DNA from: a virus
Taxonomy: Duplodnaviria > Caudoviricetes
IMG/VR virus record: IMGVR_UViG_3300023055_000010
Coordinates: 1-44,696 of that record
Length of the DNA: 44,696 nt
Strand: one strand, 5' to 3'
Position numbers and translations under genes: made by a program. Below are positions 36,003-42,946 of the stretch, one piece after another (within the stretch, counting starts at the first letter, position 1; every line of letters starts with the position of its first letter). The notes under the pieces were generated by a model, which saw only the letters and a program-made list of their open reading frames with translations, was not told the DNA's origin and made no database searches.

Positions 36003-36112
36003 TGATGGTGAACGCGCAGGCTGATGCGATAGCGTTCCGAGGGGAATACCCGAAACAAATAGGGGCCAAATACCGACACCCCAGAGCCGGGGATCAGCAC
36101 CGGCCACCATCA
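36003..36112 (+). ncRNA. Cloverleaf-like structured RNA with loop-loop pairing
   Basis: Outer stem TGATGGTG/CACCATCA. Hairpins CGCA-GGCTGA-TGCG and GCCGG-GGATCAGCA-CCGGC have complementary loops (GCTGA/TCAGC). Confidence 0.55.
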
Positions 36113-36221
36113 ACCCATTCGCCCGAAGCTTCGGCATGAGGGGTAGACCGCCGAGAAATCCAGGCGGGCAGTCCGGTGGAAACCCGGCCCAATCCCCCCT
36201 TCCAATCCACGGAGCAATGCC

Positions 36222-36296
36222 ATGCTCGAAGCACTCGTACGCTTCATTGAAGAACTGATCGACGTTTTCAACTTCGGCAGTTCGATCAGCAAGTAA
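36222..36296 (+). CDS. 24-aa amphipathic peptide MLEALVRFIEELIDVFNFGSSISK
   Basis: GGAG RBS at 36211. Below the ORF-track size cutoff. Helical amphipathic pattern. Confidence 0.5.
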   Translation: MLEALVRFIEELIDVFNFGSSISK

Positions 36297-36460
36297 CAGC
36301 ACCGCCTGCCCCGCCCCCCCCCCGGGGCGGCTTCGGAGAGCGGGCCGGCGCCGCATCGTCACCGGCGCGGAAAGTGACTTTCAGGAACAGCACCGGGCTA
36401 CTGGTCCGCTCTCCAAAGCTCCACCACTTCAGCGGCCTACGGCCACCTCTGGACATTCCT

Positions 36461-36991
36461 ATGAACACCGACAAAGCACGCGAGCGCATGCTCAAGCTGC
36501 TGGCGCTCGCTCGCCGCGGCGAAGGCGGCGAACGAGATAACGCCCAGCGATTCCTGGATCACATGCTCCAAAAGCACGGGTTGACCCTGGACGACCTTGA
36601 AGACCAGGAGCAGCCATCGTCCTGGCAAAAATTTTCATACGGCACCAGCATGGACCGCCGCCTTCTGGAGCAGGTCCTGTTCAAAGTCCTGAAGGTGGAT
36701 TCCTTCAAGTTTCGGCAAGGCCGCATGTCCTTCGAAGTCTGCGTAACCAAGGCGCAGCACATCGAGGTCGAACTGTACTACCAGGCCTATCGAGCCGAAC
36801 TCCAGAGTGTTTTGGAGCATACGTACGTCGCATTTGTGCAGCGAAACGAGATCTTCAGTGACTTGGGTTGCGACGACGACAAGCCCAGTCGGTTTACCGA
36901 GGAGGATCTAGAACAAATTATGGCCCTCATGAGCGCCATGCCCCGTACCCAAGTGCATCGGCAAATCGGGCACACCGGCAGCAGCTCATGA
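36461..36991 (+). CDS. DUF2786-like domain protein
   Basis: ERMLKLLALARRGEGGERDNA…MLQKHGLT N-terminus. Confidence 0.7.
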   Translation: MNTDKARERMLKLLALARRGEGGERDNAQRFLDHMLQKHGLTLDDLEDQEQPSSWQKFSYGTSMDRRLLEQVLFKVLKVDSFKFRQGRMSFEVCVTKAQHIEVELYYQAYRAELQSVLEHTYVAFVQRNEIFSDLGCDDDKPSRFTEEDLEQIMALMSAMPRTQVHRQIGHTGSSS

Positions 36992-37095
36992 CCGCCACCG
37001 CCGCGCTCACCATCCTCGCCGCCATTTTCATAGCCGTCTTGGGTGACCACATCGCCCGCCGGCATGCCGCCCGGGCCCCCTGGAGCCCCACATGA
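36988..37095 (+). CDS. Small membrane peptide (35 aa)
   Basis: ATGA coupling at both ends and a single TM. Confidence 0.5.
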   Translation: MTATAALTILAAIFIAVLGDHIARRHAARAPWSPT

Positions 37096-37325
37096 ACACC
37101 ATCACCGCAAGCGCGCCCCAGGTGCGCCCCCGTCTCCGCATCACGTTCAAACAGGCCGTACGGAAGCTCGGCTCCCTGCTTGCTCCCCGCGACCATGCAG
37201 GCAAGGGCAACTGGAGCGACGACGCGGATATCCCGCTGTGGGCCTGGCCCGCCAGCCTGGCGCTGGCCGCGTTCTTCCTATTCGGCCCGTCGGTCCTGGG
37301 ATGGTTGCTGCGGGCGGTCACATGA
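37092..37325 (+). CDS. Small membrane protein
   Basis: ATGA coupling and C-terminal TM. Confidence 0.6.
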   Translation: MNTITASAPQVRPRLRITFKQAVRKLGSLLAPRDHAGKGNWSDDADIPLWAWPASLALAAFFLFGPSVLGWLLRAVT

Positions 37326-37594
37326 ACGGGATCGACTTCATTCTGAGGGATCGAACCGGCTGGACGCCGTCGGTCCCGGCGCCCCGCCGCCGGTTGCGTT
37401 GGGCCACGCCGAAGCGCGAAGCCATGCGCCCCGAGGAAGTCGCGTTCATCAAGGGCGCAAAGGGCCGCCTTACCGCGAAGGAGCTGGGCGATTGCTACGG
37501 CGTTTCTGCGCAGACCATCAGCAACATTTGGAGCGGTCGCTGCCCTGCCGTTCCTGTCCACCGCCCCATCCCCGTCCGGCCGAAGCGCAAGTAG
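37322..37594 (+). CDS. Small HTH DNA-binding protein
   Basis: LTAKELGDCYGVSAQTISNIWSGR HTH and ATGA coupling. Confidence 0.7.
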   Translation: MNGIDFILRDRTGWTPSVPAPRRRLRWATPKREAMRPEEVAFIKGAKGRLTAKELGDCYGVSAQTISNIWSGRCPAVPVHRPIPVRPKRK

Positions 37595-37631
37595 GCGCAG
37601 CCGCACTCAAACTCAATCGAAGGTCGCACCT

Positions 37632-38527
37632 ATGTGGTTCAGAAACCTGAGATTTACCGCCTGTCCGCTCCCATTTCTGACTATGCAGAACAGCTGCAGG
37701 CGGGCCTCAAGCGCAACGCGTTCCAGTCCGGCAACAACCTCGAAATGCAGTCCATCGGCTGGATTTCACCCCGCGAAGGCGGCGAGCTCGCCCACCCCGT
37801 GGCCGGCCGATTCCTGCTCAGCCTGCGCGCCGAGAAGAAGCTATTGCCCGGCAGCGTGATCAACCAAGTCGCCAAGGCCCGCGCCCAGGAAGTCGAAGAG
37901 CAGCAAGGCTGCAAGCCGGGCCGCAAGCAGATGAAGGAAATCAAGGAACGCGCCATGGATGAACTCCTGCCGCGCGCCTTCAGCATCTACCGCGATACCC
38001 GCGTGTGGATCGATCCGGTGGGCCGCTGGCTGGTGATCGACACCGCCTCATCGGCTAAGGCAGACGAGGTCATCGGCCTGCTGGCGAAGACGGTTGACCC
38101 CATGCCGCTGGAAAACCTGTACGTCGCGCAGTCGCCCGCCTCCGCAATGACGGGTTGGCTGGCCGAGGACGAAGCGCCGTTCAACTTCACCATCGACCAG
38201 GACACCGAGCTGCGCTCGTCCGGCACGAGCGGCGCGGCAGTCCGCTACCTCAAGCATTCCATCGACGCGGAGGACGCGCGCCGGCACATCCAGTCCGGCA
38301 AGCAATGCACCCGCCTCGCCATGACCTGGGCCGACCGCATTTCGTTCGTTCTGACCGAAAGCCTCGATATCCGCCGTGTCTCGCCACTGGACGTGCTGAA
38401 GGAAGGCGCGGACTACGCGCAGAACGATGACGAGAAGTTCGATTCGGACATGGTTCTGATGACCGGCGAACTCGCCAAGATGCTTAACGAACTCGTCGTC
38501 GCCCTCGGCGGGGAAAAGCAGGCCTGA
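37632..38527 (+). CDS. rdgC: Recombination-associated protein RdgC with an apparent 1-nt frameshift after codon 6
   Basis: Family N-terminus MWFRNL is in frame 37632. The remainder (IYRL…EKKLLP…LLPRAFS…GKQCTRLAMTW…FDSD) is in frame 37634. Confidence 0.88.
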
Positions 38528-38540
38528 AACTCCTCAGGTG

Positions 38541-38978
38541 CTACGGCCCTGTGAAGCCGCTTGGAGCTATCTCAGCGCTTTCCAGATGACTTTGGGCATT
38601 CATTTCGGCGTCGATGTTGAAAACAGCAACCAGAGCCCCCCCGAGAAAGCAGATCAAGCTGACCACGCAGGCCGCGAAAGCACATTTCAAATGGACCACG
38701 TGGGAGCCCTGCTGCTGCCGGTTCATCGTCTCGTTATAGAGCGTGTTCTGTGTGAGGTAGGAGAACAGGAACGCACCTCCTACGAAGAAGAGCCCCAGCG
38801 AAAAGCATGCAATCGAGATCTGCAGCGCGAAGGGCGGGATGGAGTTCGATAGATGTTGGAACGCTGCAAGCATCCCCGCCGCCGCGCCTCCGTTCAACAA
38901 CGCCAAGAGCTTAAAGCCCTCAGTCGATATCGAAATCATCGACTTGTAGGTCTCTTGCCGGTGCCAGTCTTCACCCAT
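38541..38978 (-). CDS. Moron: three-TM membrane protein
   Basis: Three hydrophobic segments (LLNGGAA…). GGAGG RBS. Antisense within the early operon. Confidence 0.7.
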   Translation of the reverse strand: MGEDWHRQETYKSMISISTEGFKLLALLNGGAAAGMLAAFQHLSNSIPPFALQISIACFSLGLFFVGGAFLFSYLTQNTLYNETMNRQQQGSHVVHLKCAFAACVVSLICFLGGALVAVFNIDAEMNAQSHLESAEIAPSGFTGP

Positions 38979-39033
38979 ATGCGCGCCTCCTCATGTTGGA
39001 GGCATCGTATCCCAACCATTCCTCAGGTGTCAT

Positions 39034-39987
39034 ATGACCCATCCCCCGGCATCGTTTAAGACGATGATCAAGGACGGCACGATCAAACGCGCCGACGCAA
39101 TGAAAGTCCGCTATTCCCAAATCAAGGTTCAGGACGCGTTCAATCTGCGCGAACCAGATTCCGTATCCGAAACCGGTATCGAAGCGCTGACGAACTACAT
39201 CCTGGCCGGCGGGCCTCTGCCACCTCTCGAAGTCGTCGCAATGCCGGACGGGTCGGGCGTCGAAATTGTGGATGGCCACCGGCGGCATGAAGCCTACGGG
39301 CGCGCCATCGCCCGAGGTGCCCCCATTGAGTGGATTGCAGTCATTGGATTCACCGGCAATGAAATCGAACGTCAGGCGCGGATCTACACCAGTAATGAAG
39401 GCGTGAAGCTGCGCCCCATGGAGGCCGCGCGCGGCTTCAAGCGATTTCGGGGCATGGGCCTGGACAGCGAGGAAATTGCCGCCCTTGTCCATTGCAGCCG
39501 GACCCACGTTGAAAACTACCTTATCCTGGCCGATGCCGAACGCGACGTTCAAGACCTTGTTCGGTCCGGCAAGGTGTCCGCCGAAGTTGCAATCGAAGCC
39601 GTGCGCAGGCTAGGTGCCAGCGCGGGCGACTTCCTCAACGGAAAAGTTGACCAGGCCAAAGCCGTCGGTAAAACCAAGGTGACCGCCAGCGCCATCCACG
39701 GCCGCGCCCTGCCCCGCAAAGTCGTCTCCCCGCTCATCAGCGGCGTGGACACGTTCATGCAGGGCCTCGACGCCAACCAGCGCGCAACCCTTCTGGACAT
39801 CCAAGAAGGCCGCGTAGCCGCCGAAACCATCACCATCCCCGCCGCCGCCCTGCTCGACCTGTTCCAGGCGCATGGAGCGGTCGAAACCGTCCGCGCCAAG
39901 CAGGCGGAGAAGCAACGCCGTCAGGCCGAGGCCGCGGCAACCGCCAGCCAGGCCGAAATCCCCACCGCAGAGGATGCCCACGCATGA
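39034..39987 (+). CDS. ParB-like N-terminal domain protein
   Basis: FNLRE…LPPLEV…IVDGHRRHEA…SNEG…L and HTH EEIAALVHCSRTHV. Confidence 0.8.
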   Translation: MTHPPASFKTMIKDGTIKRADAMKVRYSQIKVQDAFNLREPDSVSETGIEALTNYILAGGPLPPLEVVAMPDGSGVEIVDGHRRHEAYGRAIARGAPIEWIAVIGFTGNEIERQARIYTSNEGVKLRPMEAARGFKRFRGMGLDSEEIAALVHCSRTHVENYLILADAERDVQDLVRSGKVSAEVAIEAVRRLGASAGDFLNGKVDQAKAVGKTKVTASAIHGRALPRKVVSPLISGVDTFMQGLDANQRATLLDIQEGRVAAETITIPAAALLDLFQAHGAVETVRAKQAEKQRRQAEAAATASQAEIPTAEDAHA

Positions 39988-40841
39988 ACGCCCCCGACAA
40001 CCTTGACGACCTGGACGACGTCGACCTGGCCGCCCTCTCGACCCGCGTCCTCCATGACATCGTAGCCAAGATGACCCTGGAAGACCGCCAGCGCTATCGC
40101 GACGCCCTCGACGCCGCGGACGCGCCCCTCCGCAATCTCTTGGGCGCCGCCCTGGGCGTACCCGAAACAGCACCGGCCGCCCCCGGCCAAAAGTGCGCAA
40201 TCTGCCGCGGCGCATTCTCCGGCATGTCCTGGGACACGCTCTGCCCCTCCTGCTGGGAAGAAAAGCTCAGGAAGGATCGGGAAGCGAAGACCGCGCCCAA
40301 GTTCCAGTGGCCGACCACGGCTAGCAAGTTGAAGCGCGTTGCCGCGGAGCTAGTTCGTGCTGCGGAAATGATGGGCGGGGCCGATGACGATGGCGAGGAA
40401 GCCGACTTGGTTCTCTCCGTCGCCCCGACAGGCTGGATATCGCTCACCGAGGATCGCACTGGCGGCCGAAACGAACATCCTATTTTGACGGTGCACCTTG
40501 AGGAGTACCCAGAAGAAGGCTCCTACCCGGTGGACCCGCTCGACCCCACGGCAGGCCGGCCCGACGAATCCGCGGCTCCCGCTGCTGGCGATGCGCGGGA
40601 TGCACTGCCAGCGTTGAATGCCGACCTGATCGAGATCCTGGGGCGCCCGAACTTCATGTGCGGAGAGTTGGCAACGCTGCTGCGCGCTGGCGGACACAAC
40701 ATCAAGCGCAAGTCCGAGCACGAGCAGGCGGCAGTGATTCATTTCCTGCTTGGGCATTACCTGCGGCATGGATCGGACTGGCGAGAGACCGTTGGTACCG
40801 CCCTCCAAACGATTGCAGCCTCTCAGCAGCAGGAGGGGTGA
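39984..40841 (+). CDS. Modular hypothetical phage protein
   Basis: Coupled ORF with a CAIC…CPSC zinc motif and a C-terminal EILGRPNF…EQAAVIH block. Confidence 0.7.
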   Translation: MNAPDNLDDLDDVDLAALSTRVLHDIVAKMTLEDRQRYRDALDAADAPLRNLLGAALGVPETAPAAPGQKCAICRGAFSGMSWDTLCPSCWEEKLRKDREAKTAPKFQWPTTASKLKRVAAELVRAAEMMGGADDDGEEADLVLSVAPTGWISLTEDRTGGRNEHPILTVHLEEYPEEGSYPVDPLDPTAGRPDESAAPAAGDARDALPALNADLIEILGRPNFMCGELATLLRAGGHNIKRKSEHEQAAVIHFLLGHYLRHGSDWRETVGTALQTIAASQQQEG

Positions 40842-40842
40842 T

Positions 40843-41964
40843 GTGCCAGGCGCCTACTACAACGAAATCGACCCCTACGCCGCCGACTGGCTCCGCAACC
40901 TGATAGCGGCCGGCCATATCGCCCCGGGCGACGTGGACCAACGCAGCATTGAGGACGTGCACCCAGATGACCTTCGCAGCTTCACACAGTGCCATTTCTT
41001 CGCCGGCATCGGCGTCTGGTCGTATGCCCTTCGGCGCGCCGGATGGCCCGATGATCGACCTGTTTGGACCGGTTCCTGCCCCTGCCAACCTTTCTCCGCG
41101 GCAGGCAAAGGAACTGCGTTTGATGACGAGCGGCACCTTTGGCCAGCCTGGCACTGGCTCATCCAGGAGTGCCGCCCTCCAGTCGTCTTTGGCGAGCAGG
41201 TTGCAAGCAAGGACGCAGAGCCTTGGCTCGACCTTGTTTCGACTGACCTGGAAGCCCTGGCCTTTGCCGTCGCGGCGTGCGCTTTCCCGTCTGCGAGCGT
41301 GGGCGCTCCGCACCAGCGGGACCGAACCTACTTCATGGCCAACGCCGCAGGCCAGGGATCACAAGGGCGCCAACTCGGCCGGCAACGACTTGACGCACAA
41401 CAGCCGGCCGTTGAACGAGGTAGCCGTACTGGCCGGGTGGCCGACACCCACATCATCGCTGGCGGACAAAGGCGTGCGATCAACAGAGGGCGGAATCCGG
41501 GAGGCGATGCGCGGCCACGGGCCGGATCTGGCGGCAATGGCGTGCCTGTCGTCTTGGGCGACGCCTCGGGCGAACGACGCGGAGAAGCGGGGAATTCTTG
41601 CTCCGGACATCCGCAACGGTCTTCCGATGCAGGCGCAGATGGCGGGATGGCCGACGCCCTCCTGCAACAACGACCGAACGGGGAGTCCGCAATCAGCGAT
41701 GAGCATGACGCGGGCGGACGGTACGAAAGTTCAGCAGCGCTTGCAGGACTTTGCGGCGATCTGCGGCCCGGCCCGGTTAACGGCTTCTGGCGAGCTGCTG
41801 ATTGGCTCCTCTGCCGGGATGGAAAGTGGCGGCCAGTTGAACCCGGCACATTCCCGCTGGCTCATGGGGCTCCCGCCCGAGTGGGACGCCTGCGCGCCTA
41901 TGGCAACGCGATCAACGCGCAGCAAGCGCAAATATTCGTCGAAGAATGCATGAGGTGCATATGA
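40843..41964 (+). CDS. C5-cytosine DNA methyltransferase, alpha polypeptide
   Basis: FFAGIG (I), GSCPCQPFS (IV), GEQV (VI), HQRDRTYF (VIII) and RLRAYGNAI (X). GGAGGGG RBS before GTG. Confidence 0.88.
   Translation: MPGAYYNEIDPYAADWLRNLIAAGHIAPGDVDQRSIEDVHPDDLRSFTQCHFFAGIGVWSYALRRAGWPDDRPVWTGSCPCQPFSAAGKGTAFDDERHLWPAWHWLIQECRPPVVFGEQVASKDAEPWLDLVSTDLEALAFAVAACAFPSASVGAPHQRDRTYFMANAAGQGSQGRQLGRQRLDAQQPAVERGSRTGRVADTHIIAGGQRRAINRGRNPGGDARPRAGSGGNGVPVVLGDASGERRGEAGNSCSGHPQRSSDAGADGGMADALLQQRPNGESAISDEHDAGGRYESSAALAGLCGDLRPGPVNGFWRAADWLLCRDGKWRPVEPGTFPLAHGAPARVGRLRAYGNAINAQQAQIFVEECMRCI
41051..41953 (+). CDS. Nested alternative-frame methyltransferase beta polypeptide (WPTP repeats + motif IX)
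   Basis: Open for ~1 kb in the +1 frame. Four W(P/A)TP repeats and LNPAHSRWLMGLP.EW. Start uncertain (40949-41123). Confidence 0.7.
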   Translation: MIDLFGPVPAPANLSPRQAKELRLMTSGTFGQPGTGSSRSAALQSSLASRLQARTQSLGSTLFRLTWKPWPLPSRRALSRLRAWALRTSGTEPTSWPTPQARDHKGANSAGNDLTHNSRPLNEVAVLAGWPTPTSSLADKGVRSTEGGIREAMRGHGPDLAAMACLSSWATPRANDAEKRGILAPDIRNGLPMQAQMAGWPTPSCNNDRTGSPQSAMSMTRADGTKVQQRLQDFAAICGPARLTASGELLIGSSAGMESGGQLNPAHSRWLMGLPPEWDACAPMATRSTRSKRKYSSKNA

Positions 41965-42590
41965 CTGACCAAGACAAATCCGCGCTGCTGTCCAAGCTGC
42001 GCGCCCCTGTAGCCGGGGACGCGCAGCTCCTGGCTATGGTGTGGCGGATCAATGCCGCCGAGGCCCGCGCCTGCGGGAAGGTCGCCTCGGCCGCCACGCT
42101 GGAAGAATGCGCCAGAGAACTGGAATCGCTTGATGCCGCGCCCCAGGCCAGCGAGGCGCAATGCTCCTGCCCCAGCGGCGACGGCTCCCTGCGGTGGCCG
42201 TGCGCTGTGCATCGGGCGGGGCCGGCAGTCGGCCGCCTCAAGAAGCTCGCCGCGGCCCTCGGCAACCGCGACTGGAAATGGTGGGATTCCTGCTCGTTCC
42301 GGCGCCTGACGTTCGAAGACGGACCCAACAGGCGCGATGGCAGCGCCTTGCATGCCACGGTGCAGGCCAGCGACGGACATCCCGACGTGAACATGGCGCA
42401 CGGCGTGCGCGAGTTCATCGAAGCCGCGAGCCCGCAGGCTGTGGGCCAGCTCACCGACCAGGCCGCCCGCCTGGCGGCGCAGCTGCGCGAGTGCGCCGAA
42501 ACCCTCGGGGCCGACCAAATCGACGAGCAGCGCGCCATGCGGGCCTATGCCGACGCACGTGCCCTACTCGATGGCATGCCCATTTTATGA
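41961..42590 (+). CDS. Ead/Ea22-like protein
   Basis: LKKLAAA…W…EFIEAASPQAVGQL motif, ATGA coupling and GAGG RBS. Confidence 0.6.
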   Translation: MTDQDKSALLSKLRAPVAGDAQLLAMVWRINAAEARACGKVASAATLEECARELESLDAAPQASEAQCSCPSGDGSLRWPCAVHRAGPAVGRLKKLAAALGNRDWKWWDSCSFRRLTFEDGPNRRDGSALHATVQASDGHPDVNMAHGVREFIEAASPQAVGQLTDQAARLAAQLRECAETLGADQIDEQRAMRAYADARALLDGMPIL

Positions 42591-42664
42591 GGCATTAAGT
42601 TAACAAGTGCACTATTAATGCAGCATTCCGATGTCCGCCCGCGGCGGATCGGTAGGGAGGAAAC

Positions 42665-42946
42665 ATGCCAATCAGGCATCTGACCATCAAGAAGTTTGCG
42701 GATGAGTCTGGCTATACTGAGGACGCCGTCCGTACCAAGATCCGTGACGGCGTTTGGCCCGAAGGAACTATCTGGGTAAAGGCACCGGACGGGCGAGTCC
42801 TTATCAACACCGAAGGATATGACGCATGGGCAAGCAGTACGATGGCGTTCGGCCAGCTTCCGAGTCGTCCATCGAAATCGACTTCTATTATGCGAACCAG
42901 CGGTGCCGGGAACGCATCAAGCTCCAGCCCACCCCCGCTAATCTAA
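42665..42946 (+). CDS. xis: Excisionase
   Basis: TIKKFADESGYTEDAVRTKIRDGVW…KAPDGRVLI winged-HTH, strong GGAGG RBS, upstream of int. Confidence 0.82.
   Translation: MPIRHLTIKKFADESGYTEDAVRTKIRDGVWPEGTIWVKAPDGRVLINTEGYDAWASSTMAFGQLPSRPSKSTSIMRTSGAGNASSSSPPPLI

Noticed and set aside
36003-36112. C4/CI antisense RNA (P1/P4 type) or HDV-like theta ribozyme
   Set aside because: I could not find complementary target boxes or an icd/ant operon for C4, and could not map the nested double pseudoknot of HDV-like ribozymes by eye. Left unassigned pending a covariance-model search.
35748-36362. 204-aa minus-strand ORF and 102-aa plus-strand ORF over the RNA array
   Set aside because: Low-complexity Pro/Arg/Gly translations without motifs. 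The region is better explained by RNA structure.
40750-41964. A restriction-modification system
   Set aside because: No cognate restriction endonuclease gene is adjacent. The methylase sits in the phage early operon as an orphan.
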